Positions 48,050-57,881 of a stretch of DNA of 64,000 bases are shown in pieces. How positions within the stretch are numbered: position 1 is the first letter of the stretch; each line of letters opens with the position of its first letter. A program made the position numbers and the translations under genes. A model generated the notes under the pieces. It had not been told where the DNA came from. It was given only the letters and a program-made list of their open reading frames with translations, and did not search any database. Location of the stretch: positions 4,402,001 to 4,466,000 of the forward strand of contig OZ251223.1 in NCBI GenBank assembly GCA_965240325.2, given 5' to 3'. The stretch comes from Rebecca billardiae RCC1528 (lineage: Eukaryota > Protista > Haptophyta).

Positions 48050-48232
48050 CGGTATCGCTCAGTCCTGCCGCTCGGGGACCAGCTGCGGGCGGAGGCCGAG
48101 ACGAGAGTGCGTGCCCGTTCGCCGTTCGCCGGATGGCTGGGTCCAGCGCCAAGCGGCAAACGCCGAACGCGCCGAAACTGGACGGCAGTCGGCACCATCG
48201 GCCGGCGCGGCGTGCCGAGCGGCTGCGCGGCG

Positions 48233-48499
48233 ATGGTGGAGCACAGCATGCCGCCCCTTCTCCTGCCAGCGGAATGCGTGCGCATCATCGCCGAGAAGGC
48301 CGACGGCGTGGTCACCCTCCGCGCCGTCTCGGAGCTGACCAAGAGCCACCGGGCAGCTGTCGCTGACGTGGGCGTGGTGAATTGCCGCCGCTGCTCGCAG
48401 CTGCGGCTGGACAGCGTGCAATGGGCGCGCACGTGCAGCTTCCACGGGTGTTCGGGCTGGACATGCGCTGCCGATATGACGCGGTACCTGGCATCATGA
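48233..48499 (+). CDS. Small F-box-like, Cys-rich protein (may be spliced or partial)
   Basis: LLLPAECVRIIAEKADGVVTLRAVSELTKSHRAAV resembles an F-box and is followed by CRRC..C...C....C. Divergent from 48049. Confidence 0.45.
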   Translation: MVEHSMPPLLLPAECVRIIAEKADGVVTLRAVSELTKSHRAAVADVGVVNCRRCSQLRLDSVQWARTCSFHGCSGWTCAADMTRYLAS

Positions 48500-49467
48500 G
48501 CTGCCCTCAGCTCGCGCGCCTCAAGGGGCACACGCACGCAGTGCACGCTGCATGCTGCGTGAGGGGCGTGCAGGGCTGGAGCGTCGCCTGGCCGTGGGGC
48601 GCTAGCGCCAGCTCGGTGCCTCGCTATCAGTCTGATGATCGCGCAGTCACTGGGCGCTCCACTCCTTGAAGCCAGACCGCCGGCGCCGGTGAGGCGGGTC
48701 CGCGGCCGAGCCACGGCGCTATGGCGGCCGACGCCGCTCCCGGCGACGCTGATGAGCATCTGAGTCTGAGACTGTGTCTGATCCGTGATCGTGTAAAGCC
48801 GTAATATTATCGTCATCGTCAGCATTAGTCGTATCAATCCCGATGCCGAGCTCGGTGACCGGGACCTTGTCCTTATTAGCCTTATTAGATGACGCCATTA
48901 GTAGAAAACTGGACGCCGATTCAGGACAGGCACTAGGCGGATCGGCCAGTCTGAGACTGAGTGACGAGCCGAGTGATGACGGCGCCCAGCCAGCCCCGGG
49001 CCTCTTCAGCAGCCCTCAGCTCGCCGTGGCTCCGCCGGGCGTCATCATCCGGCTGGCCGCATCCGCCGGCGCCGGCCCGGCTGCTTCGGCCGGACACTGC
49101 GGCCCAGGCCCGGCCTCGGCCCCACCGTACGACACGAAGCCCGGCTCCGGGGACGGGGGAGTACTCTCAGCCCCACCCCTGCCGCCAGATCGCGCCCTCC
49201 TCCTTCACGATGCCATCACGCCAAAGTCCGCAATCTCCCCGGCGGTGGCGCGCCGCCTGGCGACGGACCAGTGACAGCACACAGCGCCGGGCCGCGGGAG
49301 GAGGCTGCATGCCGCGGCAGGGGCAGCTCCGCCCGGACCCGGGCGGCTGGTCAGGCCGAGTGCCTGGCCGGGAGTGACGGTCGGCGCCTCGCCCGCGGCT
49401 GCGCCACGAGCGCTCGACGGGCGCCCGCCCAGCCACGGGCATCGCCCGCGCGGCGCGCGCGCGCGCC

Positions 49468-50844
49468 TCACGCGTCCGAGCCGTCCGTGTCCGCGGAGGC
49501 GGCGCCGCCGTGGGCCTCAGGCCCGACGGCCGTGTCCGCTGTGGCCGTCAGCCCGTCGTCCGCGTCGTCGGCGGGCGGGTCGTCGTTGTGGATCGACGCG
49601 AGCCAGGCCTCCAGCTCCGCGACGATCGAGCCCTGCACCAGGTTGCACTGCAGCGAGCAGCACGACAGCGTGCAGTTCGCCTGCAGCCCGGCGCGCAGCG
49701 CGCACGCGCCCGAGTCGCCCACGTAGTTCTCGAGGAGGTTGAGCTCGCGCAGGGAGGTGTTCGCCTCGAGGCCGGCGGCGAGGGCGGCGGCGCCGACGTC
49801 GCCCACGCGGTTCCACGAGAGCAGGAGCGTGCGCAGCGAGCGGTTCCGCCCGAGCGCGCCGCCGAGCTCCACCGCGCCCGCGTCGGCCACGCGGTTGGAG
49901 CGCAGGTTGAGCGTGCGCAGCGTGCTGCTGCGCCCCAGCCCGCGCGCGAGCGCGGTCGCGCCGCCGCAGCCGAGCAGGTTGCCCAGCAGGTCGAGCTCGA
50001 CGAGCGCGGTGGCCGGCTCGGCGAGCAGCGCGCCGAGCGCCTCGCCGCCGCGCGGCCCGATCGCCGCGGCCTGCAGCACCAGCCGGCGCAGCGACGGCAG
50101 CGCCCGCAGCGCGCGCGTGAGCCGCACGCAGCCGCTGTCGCCGAGCGCGTTCTGGGAAAGGTTCAGCGTGCCGAGGAGGCACGGCCGGCCGAGGCACTCG
50201 ACGAGGACGTCGACGCCGTGGGCGTCGATGGCCGCGTCGCACGCGCGGAACGAGCGCGCCGCGCCGTTCCCGCGCAGCAGCGCCGCGGCGAACACGAGCG
50301 AGTGCCGCGGCAGCGTCGTCTCAGTCAGGCTCACCTCGCGCGCCGGCGCCGCGCCGCCGCGCGCCGCGCGGCCGCCGAGCGCGGCGATCCAGCTGTGCAC
50401 GTGCTCGGCGGCGGCGCCGCAGCCGCCGGCGTCGCGCAGCAGCAGCGACTCGAGCGAGCCGTTCTGCGCGACGAACGGCGCGAGCACCAGCGCCTCCTCC
50501 ACCGAGACGCTCAGCTCGAGCCGCGCGGCTGAGCGCAGCTGCGCCACGCAGAACTCGCGCCCGTCGAGCTCGAGCGTGCGGAGGGCGGGGCACTGGCGGA
50601 GGGCGCACCAGCCGATCTGCGGCGTCGCGTCCTTCAGCTCGACGCGCATGCGCGGGTGCCCCGCCAGCCACTCGCCCACCGCGTCGCGCAGCTCGGACGA
50701 GGCGCACGCGAGCGCCTGCAGCGAGCGCAGCGTGCACGCCGACCACAGCGGCGTCTGCGACGAGACGTCCTGGCGCAGCAACAGGCGCAGCGGCGCGTGC
50801 GCCACGCCCGTTGGCTCTCGCGGCCTCGTCGCCACCCTCTCCAT
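49468..50844 (-). CDS. Leucine-rich repeat protein (ribonuclease-inhibitor/NLRC3-type LRRs)
   Basis: Tandem 28-aa LRRs: LNLSQNALGDSG, LDLLGNLLGCGG, LNLRSNRVADAG, LLLSWNRVGDVG, LNLLENYVGDSG. Possible degenerate N-terminal F-box (LQALACASSELR). Confidence 0.88.
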   Translation of the reverse strand: MERVATRPREPTGVAHAPLRLLLRQDVSSQTPLWSACTLRSLQALACASSELRDAVGEWLAGHPRMRVELKDATPQIGWCALRQCPALRTLELDGREFCVAQLRSAARLELSVSVEEALVLAPFVAQNGSLESLLLRDAGGCGAAAEHVHSWIAALGGRAARGGAAPAREVSLTETTLPRHSLVFAAALLRGNGAARSFRACDAAIDAHGVDVLVECLGRPCLLGTLNLSQNALGDSGCVRLTRALRALPSLRRLVLQAAAIGPRGGEALGALLAEPATALVELDLLGNLLGCGGATALARGLGRSSTLRTLNLRSNRVADAGAVELGGALGRNRSLRTLLLSWNRVGDVGAAALAAGLEANTSLRELNLLENYVGDSGACALRAGLQANCTLSCCSLQCNLVQGSIVAELEAWLASIHNDDPPADDADDGLTATADTAVGPEAHGGAASADTDGSDA

Positions 50845-51306
50845 TGGCGGCACGCGCGCGCGTTCGCTGCCCGGGTCCAGGCTGAGGTGTGTGCGCGCGG
50901 GACCGGCCGCTTCGGCTGTGGCAAGCGGCCCCAGCCGGCCAGCCCGGAGCGGGCGGAGTCAACGGGCACCGGCCGCTTTGAGAGCGTGCCGGTTCGTCTC
51001 AAGAGCCCGTGACGGATCGCAGCCCGAGTGAATATTAAGCGGGTGAGAATCTCATCAAGTTCTCCGTAGTTCTCGTTTGCGAGCTGCTCAGAATCTCACC
51101 GGACTGCGCAACCGCAACGGCCGGACGCAAAATTCAGTTTCGTCGCGCGGAGTCTGAAAAAAACGCCAGAAAGCAACGCGCAGCGGCGGCCGCAGCTTTT
51201 CCAACGGTCTGAGAAATGATGACGCGCCCATTGCGAGGCGTCTGGAACTTTACCCAGCCGCCGCCGCCGCCGGCCCCGCCCTCGCACCGCACGCTCCGCC
51301 CGCACA

Positions 51307-52639
51307 ATGTCCACGCCGGCGCGCCCCGAGCCGCTCGAGGAGACGTGGCGGTGGTATGGCCCGAACGACCCGGTCACGCTCGCCGACGTGCGCCAGTCCG
51401 GCGCCACGGGCGTCGTGAGCGCGCTGCACGACGTGCCCGCGGGCGAGGTTTGGCCGGTCGAGAAGATCCTCGAGCGCAAGGCGGCCATCGAGGCGGCCGG
51501 GCTGGTCTGGTCGGTGGTCGAGAGCGTGCCCGTCCACGAGAGCATCAAGCTCGCGCAGGAGCCCGAGCGCTCGCGCTGCATCGCCAACTACTGCGAGACG
51601 CTGCGCAACCTGGGCAAGTGTGGCATCCACCGGCTGTGCTACAACTTCATGCCCGTGCGCGCGCGAGAGCGAGGGGGCGAGCGCGCGCTGCACGCAGCGG
51701 CGCGCCCGCGGCGCGTGCTCAGACCGCGCGCGCCGCACCGCCCTCGCGCGCGCGGCGCAGGTGATCGACTGGACGCGCACCGACCTCGAGCGCGAGTGGA
51801 GCGACGGCAGCCGCGCGCTCGCGTTCGACGCGGACGACTTCGCCGCCTTCGAGCTGTTCACGCTGCGGCGCAAGGGCGCGGAGGCGCAGTACTCGGAGGA
51901 GCAGCGGGCGCGCGCGGCGGCGCGCCACGCCGCGATGAGCGAGCCCCAGCGCGAGGCCATCGCGCGCACGGTGATGGCGGGCCTTCCCGGCCGCATGGTG
52001 GAGTCCTACTCGGTACAGCAGTTCTCACACGCGCTGGCGCAGTACGACGGCACCGACGCGGCCGCGCTGCGCGCCAACCTGGCGCACTTCCTCAAGGCGG
52101 TGGTGCCCGCGGCGGAGGAGGCGGGCGTGTACATGGCGATCCACCCCGACGACCCGCCCACCCCGCTGCTCGGCCTCCCCCGCGTCGTCTCGACCGCGGA
52201 GGACGTGGAGGCGCTGCTCGGCGCACACCCGTCCGCGCACAACGGCCTCACCTTCTGCGTGGGCTCGTACGCCTCGGCCGCGGGGAACGACGTGGCGGCG
52301 ATGGCGCGCGCGTTCGCGCACCGCGTGCACTTCCTGCACCTGCGCAACGTGCGCAAGGAGCCGAACGGCTCCTTCGTCGAGGCCGACCACCTCGACGGTG
52401 ACGTAGACATGTTCGACATCCTCGAGGTCTTCATCGACGAGCGCGCGCGGCGCGCGGCGGCCGGCGGCAAGGACGCGCACATCCCGTTCCGGCCGGACCA
52501 CGGGCACAAGATGCTGGACGACCTGAGCGGCAAGCCGACCAACCCCGGGTACACCGCGATCGGCCGGCTGCGCGGCCTCGCCGAGCTGCGCGGGCTGCAG
52601 ACGGCGATCGTGCGGCAGAAGGCGCGCGCAGCGCAGTAG
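51307..52639 (+). CDS. uxuA: Mannonate dehydratase; exons 51307-51654 and 51761-52639
   Basis: [58 protein letters not shown] (joined across the GT-AG intron 51655-51760), [29 protein letters not shown] and [15 protein letters not shown]. Confidence 0.96.
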
Positions 52640-54070
52640 GCAGCCGCCGCAGCAGCAGCAGTGCGGCGCGTGCGCCCAAGCGGCGGGCACGGCGGGACAC
52701 GCTGCCGCACCGCACAGCTAGCGCCGCACGCCCGCCGCCCGCCGCCCCATCCGCCGCGGCGCGACTGTTGGACGAGTGGGTCGTCAGATTTATTACGGGC
52801 TGGCTCAACGACAACGGCTCCGGGCGCCGCGCGCGCGGACTGCACTCGGCGCGCGGCTAGCAGGCTGCTCCGGGGACCTGACACAGTGCCAGTCGGGCGG
52901 CGCGATACGGGTACCTAATAACACTGACCGCCAGCGGCCCGCCGCCGTGCGCGGGCGCCGCTGCACGCGTGCCTGGCGACGACATCATCCGATCATTCCC
53001 GCGGGGTCAGATCGGCGGTGCCGAGACGCAGCGCGCCGCGTGACCGCGTCCGCGGCGGCGGCCCGGCCCGCAGTGGCACCTGCGCGGCTATAGCGGCATC
53101 GCAGTGAGACGGTGTCACTGACTGTTGATGTGACTGAGTGCCGCCCGCGGCCCGGCGTAACAAGCTCACAAGAACATCATCAACTCAGTTGTCACTACAG
53201 TATAGACACAGCCGTACTCGGTACTGCGGTCCGGTCGTATACCGCGCACGCCGAGTCGTCGTACGTAAAACGTATATATATATACGACGTTATATACTAC
53301 CGCGGCGGACGGCGCCCGGCGCGGTCGTACTCAGACAGCTCAGTACTGCTCGTGACGAGTACTTCAGCAAGGTCAGTCAGATCTGACACGGTCACACCGG
53401 ACCGAACGGCGGGAATAACGGTAGTGCGGGTCACTAACCGTATACGGGTGGCACCCGCCGGGGATTATTGATTAACGGCGGGTTACAGCCTCTCACTCTG
53501 GCGGTGTGACTGACTGATGACCGACCGGTCACTCACCGGACGATGAATCCGCCGGCGGATGACGATGACGATTCATCACGGTCGCAGCAGCGGCCCACCG
53601 CCGTGCGCACCGGGTCCCGGTCGCGCCGTGCGCACGGTACCGATGGCGATGCGAGTCCGTCACGTGACACCGCGGTCCGAGTGTCCGACGGGCCTGACAG
53701 CTGATGAGCGCCGCACAATCGGACAAGTTGTCGCAGCGCAGCTAAGTAGTAATGTACGTATTATAATAATAAGCACGGGAACTGCCGCGGGGAGTCGGTA
53801 CAATACCGGAATACGTGATCATCACTACGGTCTTATTTATGAGTCGGGCGCAGCGGATGGCGGCTGACACCGAGTACTATATTGGCGCGCGTATACATAT
53901 ATATATATATACACAGCAACGACTTCTTTTTTAAAGCGGCCGTTAGCGTGTCCAGCGGCCAGATTAATTTTCGAAAAATTACTATGCGCTGCGCGCGCGC
54001 CCCTAGGGGGCGGCGCGCGCGCGCGGCTGGTCCCCCCTGCATGCCCGCACCGTCAGCTGCCTGATTGCCG

Positions 54071-56728
54071 CTACCCAGCCCCGCTACCGTCGCGCGCGAC
54101 ATCCGCGCCGTAAATCACCGTCACCGAGCGGTCCGGCGAGCGCGCCGCCATCAATTTGCTCCTGAGTGCCGAAAACTCCTTCTCCGGAAGCCCAGCCTCC
54201 TCGCGCAGGAGCTTGCGCGCCGTCATGCACTCCGCGATCAGGTCGATCGCGTCGGTCTCCGCCCTGCGCTGCCATTCGCGCTGCCGCTTGGCGTACTTCT
54301 TCAGCCAGAGCCGCCGCACCTTGTCGCCGAACTCCTCTGCCCACGTCGCAAGCGACACGCGGCGCACGAGCTGCGCGACCGTCGAGATGTGCGGCTCCGC
54401 CGTCGACTTCTTCCCCTCGGCGTACTCGCGGACGAATGAGTCGAGTGACTTGCGCGCGTGCACGAGCGGCATCGCACGCTTGGTCACCTGCACGAAATGC
54501 CCCTGCACCTGCTCGTCCGCGAGCTGCACGAGGCGCCCCCGCCGCCTGAGGCGAGACGCCGTCTGCGCCCGCCTCCGTGACCGCCCAGACGTTGAAGCGC
54601 AGCGGTGGGACGTTGTGCGAGCCCTGGCCGGCGAGGCTGGCGAGGCTGACGTAAGCGCCGGTGCACGCCACGATGGCCTTCTGCTCCTCCGCGTAGTCGG
54701 CCGCCTCGGCGCCGCCGCCAAAACCGCCGCCGGCCGCGCTGCCGCCTGCCGAGGCAGTGCTGCCACCGAGGCCGCGCTGCTGCGCGCCGCCGCCGGCCGC
54801 GCCGCCGCCGGCCGCGCCGCCACCAGCCGCACCACCACCCGCACTGTCAGCCGCGCCGCTGGCCGCGCCACATGCCGCGCCACCGGCCACGCGGACGCCA
54901 GCACCGGCTGTGCCGCTAGCCACGCCGCTGCCACTGCCGGCCGCGCCGCCCACGCCGCCGCCCGCGCCCGCGCCCGCGCACGCGTTGCCAGCCGCGCCCC
55001 CGGCCGCGCCGCCGGCCGCGCCGCCGGCCGCGCCACCGGCCGCGCGGACGCCAGCGCCAGCGGTGCCGCCAGCCACGCAGCTGCCGCTGCTGCTGCCACC
55101 AGTGCTGCTGCTGCCGCCCGCACCGGCCGCGCCGCCGCCGGCCGCGCCGCCGCCGGGAGCGCCGCCGCCGGCCGCGCGATCGCCAGCGCTGTCAGCCGCG
55201 CCGCTGTCCGCGCCGCCGGCCGCACCTCCGGCCGCGCCTCCAGCCGCGCGGACGCCAACGCCAGCTGTGCCGCCAGCCACGCCACTGCAGCTGCCGCCTG
55301 CGCCGCCCGCGCCGCCGCCAGCACCCGCGCCCGCGTTGCCAGCCGCGCCGCCGGCCGCGTCCGGCCGCGTCGCCGGGCGCACCGCCGCCTGGCGCGCAGT
55401 TGTCGGGCGTGCCGCCGTCGGGCGCGCCGCCACCGGGCCCGCCATCGCCCGCGCTGTCAGCCGCGCCGCTGGCCGCGCCGCAGGCCGCGCCACCGGCCGC
55501 GCGGACGCCAACGCCGGCTGTGCCGCCAGCCACGCCGCTGTCGCTGCAGCTGCCGCCGCCGCCGCTGCTGCGGGCCGCGCCGGCCGCGCGCGGCCGCGCC
55601 GTCGGCCGCGCCGCCGCCGGCAGTGCCGCCGCCGGCCGCGCCACCGCCCGCGCTGTCAGCCGCGCCGCTAGCCGCGCCGCCGGCCGCGCCACCGGCCGCA
55701 CGGACGCCAGCGCCGACTGTGCCGCCAGCCACGCCGCTGCCGCTGCCGCTCGCGCCGGCCGCGCCGCCGCCCGTGCCCGCGGACGCGCCCGCGTTGCCAG
55801 CCGCGCCGCCCGCCGCGCCGCCGGCCGCGCCGCCGACCGCGCAACCGGCCGCGCGGACTCCAGCGCCGGCGGCACCGCCAGCTACGCCGCTACCGCTGCC
55901 GCTGCCGCCGCTGCCGCCGGCCGCGCCGCCGGCCGCGTCGCCGGCCGCGCCGCCTGCAGCGCCGCCAGCCGCGCCGCCCTGCCGCGCTGGCCACGTGCAG
56001 CGGCGGCAGCTGGCGGCGCCGGTCGCGGTGGGAGCCGGCCGCTCCGGATCACGTCATTGATCCCGTCGGCGTCCGCACTCCATAGCTCGGGCATGTCCGA
56101 GTCCGGCCGCTCCGAGATGGCGATCGCCTCCGACGACGCGAGCGCAACACCCTCATAGTTGCGCACGATGGCGATCGTGGCCGCGCGCGAGTGCGCTGCG
56201 TTTGGCCCGTGTCCGCCGAGAGGAGGAGGACATGCGGCTGCCCGCGCGGGCGCGCGGACTTGCCGTAGTGCTCCAAGCGATCCAGCACGGCGCCCACGGC
56301 CTGCGCCCACGGCCGCGCCGCCGACTCGCTGCCGATCATCATCACGCCCGCGCCCGCGTGCTCGCGATTGCGCACCGCGCTCTCACGTGAGCCAGCCACC
56401 GGCGGCGGGATCGGGTGGCGCATGCCCAGGTTGAGCCACGTCGAGAACTCTCGGGCTGGCGCGAGCCCACGATGCTCAGTGTGCGGTCCTTCTCGCGCGC
56501 CTAGTGCACGACGCCCTCGTCGTCGAGCTAGGTGAAGGCATGCAAGACGAGCGCGTCTCACGAGAAGAGCCGCAGCTTGGCTACACGCAGCAGGTTGTTC
56601 TTCTTCCGCTGGGCCTTGATGGCGACGAGGCTGTTGACGCTGCGCTTGACCTCCGCCAGGTAGTTCTCGTTCCGCATGATCGAGTGGTCCACCTCGCTCG
56701 CGGCCTCGCGCGCGCGCAGCTTGAGCAT
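54071..56728 (-). pseudogene. Disrupted gene inside the CACTA-like element with central Gly/Ala-rich tandem repeat
   Basis: Coding-like blocks (MLKLRAREAASEVDHSIMRNENY..., NYEGVALASSEAIA..., DYAEEQKAIVACTGAY..., VRRLWLKKYAKRQREW...) lie in shifting frames. In-frame stops in LRLFS*DALVLHAFT*LDDEGVVH*AREKD. Confidence 0.7.
54760..55980 (-). repeat. Degenerate tandem repeat encoding GAADSAG../GSGVAGGTAGAGVRAAGGAAGG units
   Basis: Recurrent +strand blocks ctgtcagccgcgccgct (54844, 55188, 55454, 55653) and gtgccgccagccacgc. Confidence 0.85.
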
Positions 56729-57437
56729 CTCGTGCGGCTGAGCGCCGCGGCCATGCGCAGCCATGCAGATGCGGCAGAGACGTGGCGCCCGATGCTTTAG
56801 GCACCTTTGCGATGCAGCTTGGGCTTCCTAGGCTTCGCGCAGGAACGCTTGCCCTTGCCCACGGTGAGCACAGCCGTCGCCATTGCTGCGCGCGGCGAGC
56901 GCGGTCCCGCGCGGCCGTGCCGGGCGCAGCCGCAGCAAGTTAGTCTGATGCAAATTCCCGGTCACCCATGCAAAAGTAAGCGTTCCCGCTGCGCATGTGC
57001 GTGCATCACGAGTAACCCGCCGCCTGAATAACAACTCCGCGCCCCTCCATACACTTCCTGCATCCCCGCGCGCAGCGGCGTGCGGGCGGGCGCGAATTCG
57101 CACCGTGTTACGAACAGACCTAGCAAAGTAGATCGGTGTGGCGCGTCGGGACGCGGAGCGGGTGCGGGGCAGGCGGGGGATAGGTTGGGGAACACCCGCG
57201 ATTAGAGCACCGGTGGCGCAGCGGCGACGTGGACGCCGCCACACGCGCACGCACGGCGCGCGCTCGCACCGCGAGTCGAACGTCCGCTCGCCAAGCCCTG
57301 CGACGGCGTCCGTGCGACGCCGAGCGACGAACGCTCTCGGGATTTGGCCCGGACCACCAGATTCAGCCGTTAACGGCCGAAAATTCATTTGTTGGAGTTT
57401 CCTTAACGGCCGCTTTAAAAAAGAAATCGTTGCTGTG

Positions 57438-57601
<164 letters not shown>

Positions 57602-57881
57602 TACCGTAGTACATGATCAGGAGTAGTGGTGCACGGAGGGCGCATGGCGCGCATGCGCGGCTCAGCCTCAGGCTGCGGCCGCGCGGCGTCGGCCCGCGCA
57701 GCCGCGCGCGACGCGGGCTGCCGCGCCCGCGCGCGCGCCGTGACGGTGAGCAGTCGGAGTCAAGTGGCGCCGCCGGGTACGGTCACGGTACGGCTATAGT
57801 ACCTGACTCATCAATAGTAGCGCTAGCACGGTATAAGTCGATGAATCGGACGGACTAACCGGGCGCGCCTCACAGCCAGCC

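Larger units (their letters stand above)
53912..57437 (-). mobile_element. EnSpm/CACTA-like DNA transposon (CACAG termini, 34-bp TIR, 3-bp TSD ATA) inserted in (TA)n
   Basis: ATA|CACAGCAACGACTTCTTTTTTAAAGCGGCCGTTA ... TAACGGCCGCTTTAAAAAAGAAATCGTTGCTGTG|ATA (1 mismatch). Subterminal ccgttaacgg motif near 57367. Confidence 0.85.

Noticed and set aside
51041-51101. Short imperfect inverted repeat ggtgagaatct...agaatctcacc in the LRR/uxuA divergent promoter
   Set aside because: Only ~11 bp with a mismatch and no TSD; insufficient support.
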